A DNA stretch of 64,000 nucleotides from Schmidtea polychroa (Eukaryota), in contig CM097885.1 of NCBI GenBank assembly GCA_044892525.1, positions 31,250,001 through 31,314,000 on the forward strand. Reading direction: 5' to 3'. Positions 22,661-36,555 of the stretch are shown here, in pieces. Positions within the stretch are counted from its first letter, which is position 1, and the number at the start of each line of letters is the position of its first letter. A program made the position numbers and the translations under genes. The notes beneath the pieces are model-generated. The model made no database searches and was not told where the DNA came from. It worked only from the letters and a program-made list of their open reading frames with translations.

Positions 22661-23953
22661 CTTAGAAACTAAAAACTTAGAAAATAATAATTATTTTAAT
22701 AAATGACCTTGAAAATTAAATGACCTTGAAAATTAAATGACCTTGAAAATTAAATGACCTTGAAAATTAAATGACCTTGAAAATTAAATGACCTTGAAAA
22801 TAAAAAGATTACTTAATTAAAACAAAAAATTAAATTAAAAAAAAAATGACCTTGACCTTGATGAGTCATATGACCTTGGGAATGACCTTGATGAGTCATC
22901 GTTCTAAAAATATTAGACATCGTTGGGTGAGTCATTGGGTGAGTCATTCTCTTTGTTAATATTAATGATGATGATACCTTCTATGGCTCATTCGAAAGGT
23001 CTTGGACTGAGCTTTAAGATGAGGTATCGTCCAATAAATTCGGATAATGGGAACATTAATTTTTGGGATGAAAAAGAGTAGGGGCCCTCCCGGCCAATTA
23101 ATAATATTTTGGAAAATAATAATAATTTAACGTTGAAAAGATGGTGGTCATCAATTGTTAATAACTTTGTCAATAATAATGATGATGATACCTTCTATGA
23201 ATCAATCGAAAGGTCTTGCATTGGGCTTTAAAATGAGCTATCGTTGAATAATTATCGTTGTCGGGAACTCTGTACATTTAAATTTTAAAATATGACCTTG
23301 AAAAAATAAATGACCTTGAAAAAATAAATGACCTTGAAAAAATAAATGACCTTGAAAAAATAAATGACCTTGACCTTGACCTTGAAAATAATATTTTGAA
23401 AAATAAATGACCTTGAAAAATGGTCTCGGTAAAACTTTAATAACTTTGCCGATGTTAATGATGATGATACCTTCTATGGCTCAATTGAAAGGTCTTAGAC
23501 TACGCTTCAAAATAAGCTATCGATTAATAAATTCGGATAATGGCAACATTAATTTTTGGGATGAGAAAAAGTATGTCCCCGCCCGGCCAATTAATAATAT
23601 TTTGAATAATAATAATAATTTAACGTTGAAAAGATGGTGGTCATCAATTGTTAATAACATTAAAACTATTAAGGATATATATGATACCTATAGCTCATTC
23701 GAAAGGTCTTGGACTGAGCTTTAAGATGAGGTATCGTCCAATAAAGTCCGTTGGCGGGAACATTAATTTTTGGGATGAAAAAAAGTAGGAGCCCGCCAGA
23801 TCACTTAATTAAAACAAAAAATTAAATAAAAAAAAAAATAAATGACCTTGACCTTTTATTTTTTAAAAAAAAAATTTTTTCCCGGGGGGGGGGGGGGAGG
23901 GGGTATATGTGATGCGGGGAGCTCCTGATCTGGGGAGCCCCAATCCTACTACT
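22601..23953 (-). repeat. Right terminal inverted repeat (~1.35 kb)
   Basis: Reverse complement of the left TIR; ends ...CCCAATCCTACTACT. Confidence 0.93.
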
Positions 23954-24908
23954 GAGAAACATTAAGAAATGTTATCCTCGAAACTATAACTGAAGGATAT
24001 ATTGTTCATTCTGATAGATGGACCTCTTATATGAGTATTTTTAGAGAAGAAGTAGGTTTTATATACGAAAATGTGAATCACAGTCAGAATTTTGTGGACC
24101 CAGAAACATGTATCCATACAAATGCGATAGAAAAAGAACTCAAGCAATCGCTAAGAAGAAAATTTCTTCGATCTGAAGAAATCTCGAACTATATCTTACA
24201 GAATTCTGTACCAGGGATAAATATCGTAATAGCAAGAATGGCATGTTTACATTAATTTGTGAAACTTTAAAGCTGGTGAAAACTGATTAAAAAACTTTTT
24301 TAAACATTTGTAAGTTTAAAGTATCTTTTTAAATATTTATTATGTGACTGTTAAGAAATATTTTGAAAAAAGGCTGTATTTTGCGACATAACCGCAAAAT
24401 GATATAAAAGAATTTTAACATAAAATTTACTTATTATTTTTAAGGAAAATATATTATATTAAAAAATAAATTATCTACATCGGACTTTGAATAATTTTTT
24501 CAAGTCATTTATAATTTTAACCAAAATTCAAAAACTAAATTATTTCCGTCACTGTTTTTCTGTAAGTTTCGTTGAAGATACCTAAATAATAAAATTCAAT
24601 AATTATTGAATGAAATAAAATGATCAGGGGGGAATGTATGAAAAGGAGGATGGGTTGTTTCAGAATTCTGAGAAACAAAAAGTGATAAAAAGAAATTGAA
24701 AAAGAAAGAAAAATAACAGAATCAATAAAAGCTAAAAAATGAAATACGACAAGGTCGTTCTTAAGTAACAAGTAAAAAGTGAAGTAAAAAAATAAAGACA
24801 AAATCGAAATTAAATCTGCAAATCTCAATAGCCTGTACGACATAGTAAAAAGGAATCACTGGGGAAACCGAGAGATGGCGTCTCATAAAAATTATATATC
24901 TCCACAGC

Positions 24909-27190
24909 CAAGACCGTTCCTGGCGGGGGGAGCAGAAGGTGCCCCCGCACGTGAGCGGCCAAATTGAAGGGCGACCGCCAACCTGTTATTATTATATTTA
25001 AAACAAATTGATTTTAGATAATCTATCAAATAAAGTATACTTAATAAAAGTAAGTTTTACTATTTAGAAAATTTATTATGAATAAGATGTCAGAATTAGA
25101 TGTCAGAAAGAAAAACAAAAAGGAAATCCGGTGCTTATTATCGAAAAAACAAGGAAATAAAAATAACAGAAATAGAAAAACTAAGTGGATCTTTAACACA
25201 GTTTTTGGAATCCTCAGAAATATCATCTGCGGCAAGTACGTCAGAAAGGTTTAATACAGAAATTTATACTGAAGAGCCTAATACATTTCTGGATGTGCTA
25301 GATTCGTCTTCAAGTCCTACAAAGAAGCCAGAACAGCCGCAAGATGACTCATCATCTTCAACATCAGAGTCAGAAAAGTCCGAAGAAGAGTTTTCTTATG
25401 AAACAGAATCAGTAAGTTTGTCTTTAGTGCTGGCAGATCCAGGAACATGGCCTGAATCGATAAATAAACAACTTTTAGAAATTTTAGTGAAGAAAGGACA
25501 TGTGCAACTTCGTGATAATGTTCATTTCCCATCGGATGAGACAAACAGAAGATTTTCTGCAACATATTTTTTTTGAATTTTAGAAAATGGTGAAACAATT
25601 TCCAGAAACTGGATAGTTTACACTACTAAATTAAATATTGTATTTTGTTTTTGCTGCAAACTATTCAGCAAAAATATTATTAAGCTGACCAGTGGTGGAT
25701 ATTCTGATTAGCGACATGCAACAATGTATTTTGTTCAACATGAAAACAGTGTACAACATATCGAATGTTCAAAAAAGTGGTGTGAATTAAAATTGCGGAT
25801 GCAAAAGAACTGCACAATAGATAAAGAGCTTCAAACATATTATGAAATGGAAACAAAATGATGGCGTGGTATTATTGAAAGAATGATAGCTATTGTTCAA
25901 TTTTTATCTGGTTAGTCGCGGCCCATTGACAGAGTTATACAATATAAATAATGGAAATTTCATGAAAACTGTAGAAATGTTAGCTAAATTTGATCTGTTA
26001 ATAACAGAGCATGTAAGAAACGTACAAACGGCAAAACAAAAAAAAGACATATGCCACATTATTTGGGAATCCATTTTCAAAACGAAATCATTGAATTATT
26101 AGCAGCAGCTGTAACAAAGAAATTAACAACCATTATAAAAAATTCAAAATATTTTTCTATTATACTTGATTGCACGTCAGATTTAAGCCATGCCGAACAA
26201 ATCAGGTTTGTTTTTCGGTGTGTGAATTTGACGCAAAATGAAGCAGTATTTTCTTGGTTTTTCTCCATTAGCTGATACGACTGGTGAAGGTTTATTTAAC
26301 TTCCTTACTAACGAATTGTTGCCTAAATTTAGCTTGGATGTACAAAATGTTCGTGGTCAAGGCTATGATAATGGATCCAACATGAGAGGTAAAGATATAG
26401 GACTTCAAAAAAGAATTATAAATAGAAACCGTAGAGCAACTTTTGTACCATGTGCAACACATAACTTCAATTTAGTTCTTAATGATGCTGTTAACATTAA
26501 TAATGAGACCGTTGGATTTTTCGATATTGTTCAGGAATTATTTAATTTTTGTTCTGCCTCTCCATATAGATGGAATATGTTAAAAATCAAAATTAAATTT
26601 TTAACTTTAAAACCCTTAAGTATTACTAGATGGTCGAGTCGTATTAACGCTATAAGACTATTGCACCAAAATATTAAAGAAATTTCTGAAAGTTTAATTA
26701 ATTTAAGAGATGATCAAAGTAGAGATATAAGCACAAGAAATAAGGCACATTCGTTATCTGGAAAATTAAAGTCATTTAAATTTTTATGTTCGTTAATTAT
26801 CTGGCAAGATATACTCTCAAAAATTGACGTGGTTAGCAAAATGCTACAAAATTCCAACATTGACATTAATGAATGCAGTAAAGCGTTGGGTAATTTAAAA
26901 AGATTTTTAAATGAGAAACGAAACGATAGCAGTTTTAATGAATATATAAATGAAGCTACAAACCTTGCACAAGTTATTTATGTAGAAAATGAATTTCCAC
27001 AAACCCGTATAAGAAAAATACCTCGTCAATTTTTAAATGAATCATGTGATGACTTTGTAGAACATCCTAAACAAAACTTTAAAATTAATTTTTATTTTCG
27101 TATTGAATTAAGTTTCTTTTACGGTTTCTTTGAATTGAAATAAAATTTTACCGAATACCATTTTTTTCAATATTTACATGGCGGCAAATG
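24909..27190 (+). pseudogene. hAT-superfamily (ZMYM1-like) transposase pseudogene with GC-rich left end
   Basis: DPGTWP, FCFCCKLF, YFSIILDCTSDLSHAEQ, RGQGYDNGSNMRG, FVPCATHNFNLVL, LKPLSITRWSSR; stops and frameshifts; no right TIR seen. Confidence 0.88.
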
Positions 27191-29789
27191 TTTTAATAAA
27201 TAACACAAATAAATAACACAAAATAATAATTTTAAGTAATTCTTCAAAGAACTTACCTTCTAATTAATATTTCTAATTTCGTTAATGAAATTACGAATAC
27301 GAGAAAGCTTTCTATTATTAAAGACTACAAAGAAACGAAGAATAAAAATGAATTTATTTGGAAAAGTACTTAACAATGGATTAATTTAAACCCGATAAAA
27401 TGAAAGAGGTGTTTCGATTTCACTGGGCTCTGATCTTTTCAATTTTTCCGACGCCGCAAAATGCATGCAACAACTTATAAAATCATTTAAGTTGGAAACC
27501 AAAGATGTGGTAAGTTTCGAATTTTTCATCAAAGACCCACACCAATCCAAGCAATGATTGTTGGTTTGGTACATTGTCGTCACGTATTTCAAGCACCATT
27601 GCATCCGTTCAGCACACTGGACATTGCGGCAGTTGACTGTTGTGAATATGCTTGAAAATATCATAAAAACTGCAAATAATACGCAGGTCCATTTCCGATT
27701 TCCTTCATTAGTCCAAGGAGAAACTATAAACAGCACTAAAGTAAAATTAATTATTAAATATTAAAAAATTTGAAATTTGAAAAAAAACATTGCTATGAAA
27801 TTTGAATGAAACTTGTTTTTCATGAAACTTAACCCTTTCAACACTTAATTAATGAAATAATACGTAAAATCTTTGCACGGTCACACCTCTATCACACTAC
27901 AATTGACACTGAACAGGCATGAACCTGTTGATACACTACAAGTACTGTACTACCAACTTAACAACATTCGCATAATACCATAAACTACTGGAACACACAT
28001 ATTACATTGAATTTGGGATAAAGATGACATAGAAATAATTTTTCAAAAATTGTTGTAAGGGTTAATCAAATATATTTATTTTTATTTATTTTTTTGTTTT
28101 TTTACTCAAATTTTCAGGTAAGCCTTTACAAACAAACGCTTATTTCTTTAAAATTCTTTTTTAAATATAATACAAAATATTTATCTATATTCTGAAGAGA
28201 AAAGAAAGATAGTGGAAATAGAAATGGTGAAAAAAATAAAACATTTTTACTGTCATAGATATTTTAAATATATTAACGACGTCGGCTATTTTAAATAATA
28301 AAATTTTAGTTTTAAATATTAATTTTATTTTTATATATTCTAAGATTGATTATTTTATAAATATATTAAAATTATTATTATTGTTTTTAAATTCGCTGAG
28401 TTTATTAAATAAAATTCATTGGTAAATTAAAAATAAAATTCGACTCACTTTCACTTTTTAATTATACGAATTGGTATTTAATGGCTGTGATCGCACATTT
28501 CCAACCTTTTTATTCTGAGGGAATATTTATTTGCATTGGCTAAATTTAAACTAATATAATAGAGCCATTCATGATCCATTAAAATCCCGGAACCATATCA
28601 ATGTCACATAATGTAGTAATATCCGGTTATTCAAGCGACCTTTGTTTTTTTGCGAGGAATATGATGGAATTTATTTACAGTTCTCATGTGTTTTTATTCA
28701 TGTCCCAAACAGAGATTGACACGTGGACTTCTACGTGTAAAGTGTTATTTCTATTAATGTCGACAAACAGACCTTATATCTCTATCAGTCTCTAGTCTTC
28801 ATAAATCTGATAATAAAACTAGAGAATAATCACAAATTGAGGAAATGAATATGGAAATAGCTATCTAAAATCTTGTTAATGGACTATATTAATTACTATA
28901 TTAAAATCCAATTTTGTTATCAACAAAAACTATTTGTTAATATTTTATTTTTAAATTTATTTTGTGTTTTTCACATTATATAATTAAATCAGAAATTAAG
29001 TAATTAAAAAATTAATTAAAAAATTAATAAAATATACTAATTATCAGTATATTAAATATATTATATTATTAAATGATTTCAATTTTTATTTTTAATTTTG
29101 CACATAAAATAATTTCCAGAAAAATGTTAAATTGTTGATATTTCATTATAATTAAAATAAATTAAATTGTTCCGGAACGAAATAAAGAAGAGGGAGCTTG
29201 TTCCAAGGCTGTGAAGGTTTGGTATAAAATGAGTTAACAGAAGGTTAAAATAGGGAACTTCAGGATCCGTATAAATAAAATTAATTTAATATTTAAATAA
29301 ATTAGTAATTAATTAATGTTTAATTAGTATTGATGGTCTCATAATATTTTAGACGACAATACCAGTTTCGCTGCTATTCAGAAGAAGAAAATATAATAAC
29401 AAATCATAGAATGAGAAACCATCACACAAAATTCAAACCGAATCAAAATAACTCGCCCTCATCTACTTCAAACAAATATCAAAAAATAAAATATTTCGAA
29501 CATTTTATGCACATATTTCGATTTGGTAATTGCGATTGAACTAAACTAATTGAATTTAGGATGTTATTTATAAAACATTTGTTGGTTTTGTAGAAACATA
29601 TAACTAATTGCAATAAATAATTGATATATCTGCTCCATTAGTCAATATAACAACTATTAGAAGCTACTAACACATCTTCTAAATTATTTTTTAAATCCGG
29701 TTAGTCTATCAATGCTACGTATCTCTTGTCTGCTTGTCTTGTATTCTTTCTAGTTCCTTGATAACCATTCCCTGCTTCGTATCGCTCTC

Positions 29790-30460
29790 ATTGTCTTCAA
29801 AAGGTTTCATTGATTCTCCATTATCTCACTCTTTCTAAAATTTGTGAAACAAAATGCCTCTTTATGACCTCCCAAGCTACACCTCATACACCTTATTTTT
29901 TGACAATCTCTTCTCACGTGTCCCAGGGTACCACACGCATAACATTCGACATCCTTTCTCTGTATCTGTGGACACTGACTTCTTAACATGTAACTGCTTT
30001 CTTTGTTATGCAATCTCTACTCAAATGTCCTACCTTGTGACATGTCCAACATTCGTTCTTAGTTCTGTTCGGTCATTCTTCTCGATACTCTCTCCGCTCG
30101 CTATTATATCTTGGTGATACAATATTTCTTGCTTGATTTGTAATCGCGTCTCTGTAACTTCTTGTTATATTCGGTTCTGGCCTTCTTTCTCTCACTGCAT
30201 AGATCTATTCTGCAACTACACGAGATTCATTTAACTTCTTGATTATTTTCTTCCCTCCCGTTGTTCCTTTGGTGTCACTTAGACACAATTCTTGTTTCAA
30301 AGTCTTCTCAACAGCACAATGTACCAGCAGATATTCTCTTAAACTTTCCTTGTTTAACTCATGCCCCAATATTTTATCGACTAACTCGTCTATGACAGTA
30401 AAATATTTATCGGGCTCTTCACTCGTCTGTCTATAAGACATAGCATCGTAGTCGCCAACC
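29790..30460 (-). mobile_element. Gypsy gag fragment
   Basis: Tandem CCHC knuckles CYACGTLGHVRRDC and CMRCSLGGHKEAFC, similar to those at the window start; upstream gag-like ORF 30441-30205. Confidence 0.8.
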
Positions 30461-30756
30461 TTTAAGTACCGAAGAGCACATTCTAAATTATCGATGGTGT
30501 AATGGGCACCATTTATTTTTTCAAGGTAAATTTATAGTGACTTTCTAATTAATACTTTAAAGGCCTCCATTTCGAAAATCCATACAAAAATGACGCGAAT
30601 TCGAGTTATCGGCCATTAAAGTGTTATTAACGCAAATAATGTACAAAACAACATATTAAATTTAACGTATATTACCTTTATTCAATATAATTATATATTT
30701 ATTAATCATTATGTATATCTATAGCAAACTAAAAATATAATACCAAAAAACTTTTA

Positions 30757-31155
30757 TTAAGTCAATGTGATTTTTGGCACCAGGAGTATCAGTGGGCAAT
30801 GTCTCATAATTAGGGATGTAAGCTGATATATTGTTTTCTTGACGAATGCCATCCGCGATCTTTCCTTATAACATTTATTATTTTGGTCAACTCCTGTATA
30901 TATATCTCTGATCTGTTTGTTGATCAGTAATTCGATCATCACTTCTTGTCTTGAAGTAGGCATTTGTACCACTCTAAAATATTTATCGTACTCTTTTATG
31001 AATGTTTCAACAACATCTCCTCTATGATAATCGTTTGAAAATAGCTTCTTTATGAAGAAATCCATAGATTTGGTGGCCATATTAGAAGCTGCTAACACAT
31101 CTTCTAAATTATTTTTTAAATCCGGTTCAAAAGTTAACGTCATACATAATTCCAA
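30757..31155 (-). mobile_element. Probable retrotransposon gag N-terminal fragment
   Basis: GDVVETFIKEYDKYFRVVQM..RQEVMIELLI resembles Gypsy gag N-termini; 31081-31127 is duplicated at ~29657-29703. Confidence 0.5.
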
Positions 31156-33273
31156 ATATTTATTTAATGAAATATTGTATAATTTTCAAAAAGATTTTCA
31201 GCCTTGAATAAAATATTTTCAAAACCATTTATTAAAATTTCAATATTGTTGGGCTAGAACTGACTTCTAGACCCAAATTTCTAATTTTGACTGAAATGTG
31301 TAAGTACACAGCATGCAAAAAGCAAAAAGTATAGTTAAATATTAAAAACTACACCAAATAAACAATAGTAATTAAAGGAAAAAACAACAAAAACCTAAAC
31401 ACCGAAATTAAATAAAATTATACCAAAAGCAAGAGGTTATACAAAATAGAACTCGAAAATAACCAAATAAACACAGATAAACATAAAACAGACTCGAATA
31501 ACTTAAAAGACGACAAAAACCGAAAAAATTCCAGAAAAACCCAGAACATTCCATAAAAATGGCGATGACCATCATAAAAGCTACCTTAAACAATAAAATT
31601 TAGGAAAAAAAAATTAATTAGTAATAAAAATAAAAAATCTTAAAAAGAAATTCATAAAACATAAGTTAAAATAAAAATTAAATTAAAAGTAATATAGAAT
31701 GTTCTGGAACCGTTCCAAATCCATCATGGACGTAAAATTAACGAAAAATAATTAAAAAATAAAAATTTAAAAATAAAAACAAAAATTATGGCACAAAAAT
31801 TGCCATTAAAAATATCAAAATCGCAAAATAGAAAATTCTGGAATAAAAAGAATTCGAGTTTGTTTTAATGCATCAATACATACACGTGTACAAAATAGGT
31901 ATATATACTGACACGTTTCAGTCAGAATAATCATTATTTTATGCCAAATTTTGAACAAAAACTTTTCCAATCTACATAGTGAGTATATATGATTGAATTT
32001 TTTATTATTATCATGTAGTTATGATTTATTTAAGATTAAAGTAATTCCATATTTGATGTTTTTTTTTTTTAATTTTTTGATGTATGAATGTTCAATGGCG
32101 TACTGGTATTCCTGCGTCGTTGTTCAGTCCTGCATCCAATTTGTTAAAATCCTCATAGTACATGCAAACATGCATTATTTATATTATATTAATCTCTTAT
32201 TATATGGCTCTTTTTGTTCGGGGCAGCCGGAGGTCGAACTACTTCATGGTCCTGCCATGGAGTTAGGTCGAGGAAACCCTCCGTCTGACTCTTCGTATTT
32301 ATTTAAGGTCAGCCGTAAATGGTTGACTTAGCACACAACACTAAGGTTTGTGGAAGTGGTCACAGTGGGGCCATGGAAGCAATATTCTTCCCGACTCATT
32401 GCGTAATATACAATTAAACTCAACACTTAAAATCCTGAACAATAACTCTACACTAAGGTTCTAATTTGAGTAGAGCTCGTACCTAAAATTACACAATTCT
32501 ACACTCACATTAATGTAGCTAGTTGATCCATAATGGTAATTTCAATTATACTTAGACATATGCCGAACTAGATTTTGTAGTAAGGATCTTTGATAAAGTA
32601 ATAGAAATAAGAGAGATATCCGGCATACGTACAGGTATAACTTGATCTAGATATGCTGATTCCGAGTAAAGATAGACATTTTAAATCTAGTTCCCACTTT
32701 AAAATGTTTGTAAATGTGTAGGCTTTTAGTTGTAATATTCTTGTTGTTAACTATAAAACTATAAGTTATAACTAATTACGATAGCTAGGTACAAATCACG
32801 TCGATCCTGAAAATGTAAATTATTAATGGAGAAAGTCTGATCAGAGATAGTAGTAAACAATTTTTCGTATAAAAATCAACTTAGGATTGGTTACAGATAG
32901 GCGATAGACGCGCTAGAACTCTGAAGTTTAATCCACAAATAGGACCAGGAAATCTGTAAGTACTGCGGAAAACAATGTTGATCATAGAAAGGAAGTTGTA
33001 AGAAGTATATTCCGTCGACTAAAAATTTCAAATTATAAAGTATGAAAAAACGAATTACAAAATACAAAAGTACAAATTTTAGATTATAAACTTATAAATT
33101 ATAAGTTAAGCAATTATGACTTATAAAATATGAATGTATAAATTTCAAAATATGAAATTATAATTATAAATTACAAGATTGTAAATCCCTAAATTGAAAA
33201 ATTTAAAATTATAAATCGAAAATTATCAAAGTACAAATTATAAAACATAAATTTATAATTCTAAAACATGGGA

Positions 33274-33760
<487 letters not shown>

Positions 33761-34289
33761 GTTAACTACAAAAAAAATCGATATCCCAATCCGATATCGA
33801 TCACCTGAAAATTTAGAAATTAGCAAATTAAATAAATTACTTGTATGCAGAGCAAACCACTCATAACGAGCACAACCGAAGGAAAGGTAAGCAGACGAAG
33901 AGCTTAGTTCGTTGCTAGCACCTGTCGCCCTAGCGTGCCCGAATTTAGTGGCCTAAAAATGATGATCCAAAAACTTTACATTTTATTCAAGTATAAACTA
34001 AAATTTATAAATAGTAATTAAAATTACCACTTAGGGGTAAAAAATTCTGGAATGTAAATGATTAATTTAAACAAACGGATTTTCGACGAAATTCCTTTTT
34101 AATCTAGTTGATAATGAATGTGATTTTAATCTATTGTTCTTAGGCTTATATGTGTTAGCTGGAAAATAAAGAATTTTCTTTTTCGTTAACGTTGAATTTT
34201 TAAAAAGGGGGGAAAAGGGATAAACAAAATCCCGTGTTTAACTTCGTAACATAATCTGTATAAAGTGACCTGATTGTTACTTTGCAGAA

Positions 34290-34655
34290 ATGTCCTACTC
34301 TGACAGCAGCAGCATCGAAGAAGCCGATCGGCAGACGATCACCCGACTCCGGACCCGGTACATTTGGTACCACATCCATCGGTGGAGTCAGGGACGGGAC
34401 CTGGACTGCACAAATCGAGTGATCCGGAAGGGCCCCGAAGTAGGTGCCCCGGCGTGTGTGAAGGAGGAGCCGGGAAACGACCTTTTACAGGAGGCCCGCG
34501 ACCGAGCGGCCGTCGAGGTGGACGCGGCCCAGATGCGACTGAAGAAACTCGACATGCAAATCCGGGCAATCCGAGAAGGAAAGACTCTGGAGGACCTGGA
34601 GGAGGCCGAGGCGACCCCGCGAAAAAGGGGGAGGCCTCGCAAGTACCCGGCCTAA
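34290..34655 (+). CDS. GC-rich ORF encoding a coiled-coil protein with a C-terminal AT-hook (121 aa), probably repeat-borne
   Basis: Intact ATG-TAA ORF; PRKRGRPRK AT-hook; GTATAAAG ~30 bp upstream; far more GC-rich than its flanks. Confidence 0.55.
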   Translation: MSYSDSSSIEEADRQTITRLRTRYIWYHIHRWSQGRDLDCTNRVIRKGPEVGAPACVKEEPGNDLLQEARDRAAVEVDAAQMRLKKLDMQIRAIREGKTLEDLEEAEATPRKRGRPRKYPA

Positions 34656-35473
34656 CTCGTCCTCAATTCCAACTCGCGATAGACATGAACTTTACTCTGA
34701 ACAAATCTCCTCTGTAATGAATTAATAAGATTTGATTTGATGATGAACTTTACTTTGAAGGAGTTTCTTCTTTAATAAATTATCGTAAAAATGGGTTGGT
34801 CTTCAATAATGATAAAATGCCTTTATAACCAGTACCGAGCTTATCAAGCGAATATCATGGTGTAATAACATAATCTAAGAATATTTCTTTTAGTGTTCAA
34901 ACTATTGGAGAACCTACGGAAGGACAGGGAAGAAGCACAAAAACAGGCCGAGGATCTCCGAGTCCGAGTGGACAGACTCAAGGGACGGTGCCGGGAACTA
35001 GAAAGCACCTGGTTTAGTCCCAGGATATGAAAAAGAAGGTGGCGCAGGTCCTCCAACTGCATACCCAAGCCGCACAGGATCAGATTGAGATCCGGGCCTT
35101 GAAGCTCCAACTCCGCGCGTTAGAAACCGAACGCAATGAACAAGCGGTTCACGGAGCCACAATAAGTCAAATCCGGCCGTTGACGTGGAGTTGACAGCAA
35201 TTTACCCTCCGGCCGCGAAAGATAAGCCCAAAAGGAAGCGGCTGGGACGAAACATCCGGGAAAAGCTAAAGAAGGCCAGATTAGCCGAGTATGAACGACA
35301 AGAAAGGGCGACGCCCACGTAATCCCAGCAATACGAACAGTCATCTGGACTATACGCATTGAATTTTTGGTTGTTTATTGTTATGGTGTAAATACAATTT
35401 AGTTAACAAGTGTTGTATGAGCTGTATTGTCCGCAAATATCGAGTGATTGAGAATTAGCGAGTTGAGATTTTG

Positions 35474-35712
35474 GGAAAACAATTTTGATAAGGGACCTGA
35501 GAAATCGGACACATACCTTCTATCGGTAGTCCGTGAACCCATGGAGTACTCGACAATTATAGTGCCTTGATGCGCTCACTTTTTGCGAGTACTCAACCCT
35601 TGGTACAGTACCAACGTTGATTACTCAACGGGTACCAAGCGGAAACTCTAATGTTGTATTTTGGGTTACGCTGGTAACAGCACTTAATCATTCAACCACC
35701 AGTAACCCACCA
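35474..35712 (+). ncRNA. Candidate structured RNA element, copy A
   Basis: Several stems with compensatory changes relative to copy B (36556-36806, -) and copy C (50965-51153, +). Confidence 0.6.
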
Positions 35713-36555
35713 ATATTTAAAATATATTTAATTAAAAATGATTTACTAATAAAAAGCTTGTTTAATTTTTCAATTTAAAAATTTAAAAATTTCAATTTAA
35801 AAAATTCAATTTAATAATTATTTTAAAAATTATTTTAATCGTCAAATATTTATCATTTAAAATTATCTTAATAAATCATTGAAATATTTAATTCTCAGCT
35901 GAAAACCCCTCACATCAAAGAAAGCACGGACACTTGATCTGGTGATTGTATGTAGAATGTTGAAGATCTTGACCATCATCAGGCTTCACTTTCTTGAATG
36001 TCTGGCATATTTGCTTTATTGATTCTGACTAGATTTATTGATTGGGAAGTTGAATATTTCATTGTTTTTTATATTGAATTTGATTTTGGAAAAAAGAGAG
36101 GATTATTTATACAATGATTTTTAATTTGATTTTAATTTAATTAATTTAATAATATATTTTAAGTTCAATTATTAAATTGATAAAAGTGGGAGTCAGGGGC
36201 ACTACAAATTTCATGTTATGTTGAAATTGAATTTTGTTTAGAAATGTATAAATAAAAGTGAAAGTTGAGATGGATTTATGGAAATAATAACAAAAACTTT
36301 AAGAATTAAAGTCTTATTTTAAATTATATTTTAATCCTCAAAAATTAAATCCTATCCAAAAATATGACTGACAAATATAAATTCACAGTGGAATATATTA
36401 ATGCAGAGATCCAAAGACATCAGTTCAATATTAGTAAGCCTAAGAAGAATTTCACACCAATGAGAAAAGCCCGTAATACTTTCTGTGAAACATATTCAAA
36501 TAATGAATTTTTTGAAATTACATCTTCATCTCGGATGTTAAATGAAATATTAATA

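Larger units (their letters stand above)
9276..23953. mobile_element. Polinton/Maverick-type endogenous DNA virus (14,678 bp) lacking a recognisable pPolB
   Basis: Termini AGTAGTAGG...CCTACTACT; perfect 6-bp TSD GAGAAA (9270-9275, 23954-23959); long near-identical TIRs; ATPase, RVE integrase, minor and major capsid and adenain genes. Confidence 0.97.
8673..24393 (+). mobile_element. Merlin (IS1016/ISXO2-like) DNA transposon, ~1.04 kb net, split by the Polinton insertion
   Basis: TIRs GGTTAGATCGCAAAATACGGCCTTTTTTCAAAA (8673) and TTTTGAAAAAAGGCTGTATTTTGCGACATAACC (ends 24393); 8-bp TSD GTAAAATG/GCAAAATG. Transposase VQIDE..KRKYNRGR..QQWFFGAID..NRSRE|TLRNVI..VHSDRWTSY..VNHSQNFVDPETCIHTNAIE is continuous across the insertion. 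Confidence 0.93.

Noticed and set aside
27386..27764. Possible transposase or Zn-finger remnant (CPVC) on the minus strand
   Set aside because: Too fragmentary; no TIRs or catalytic motifs found.
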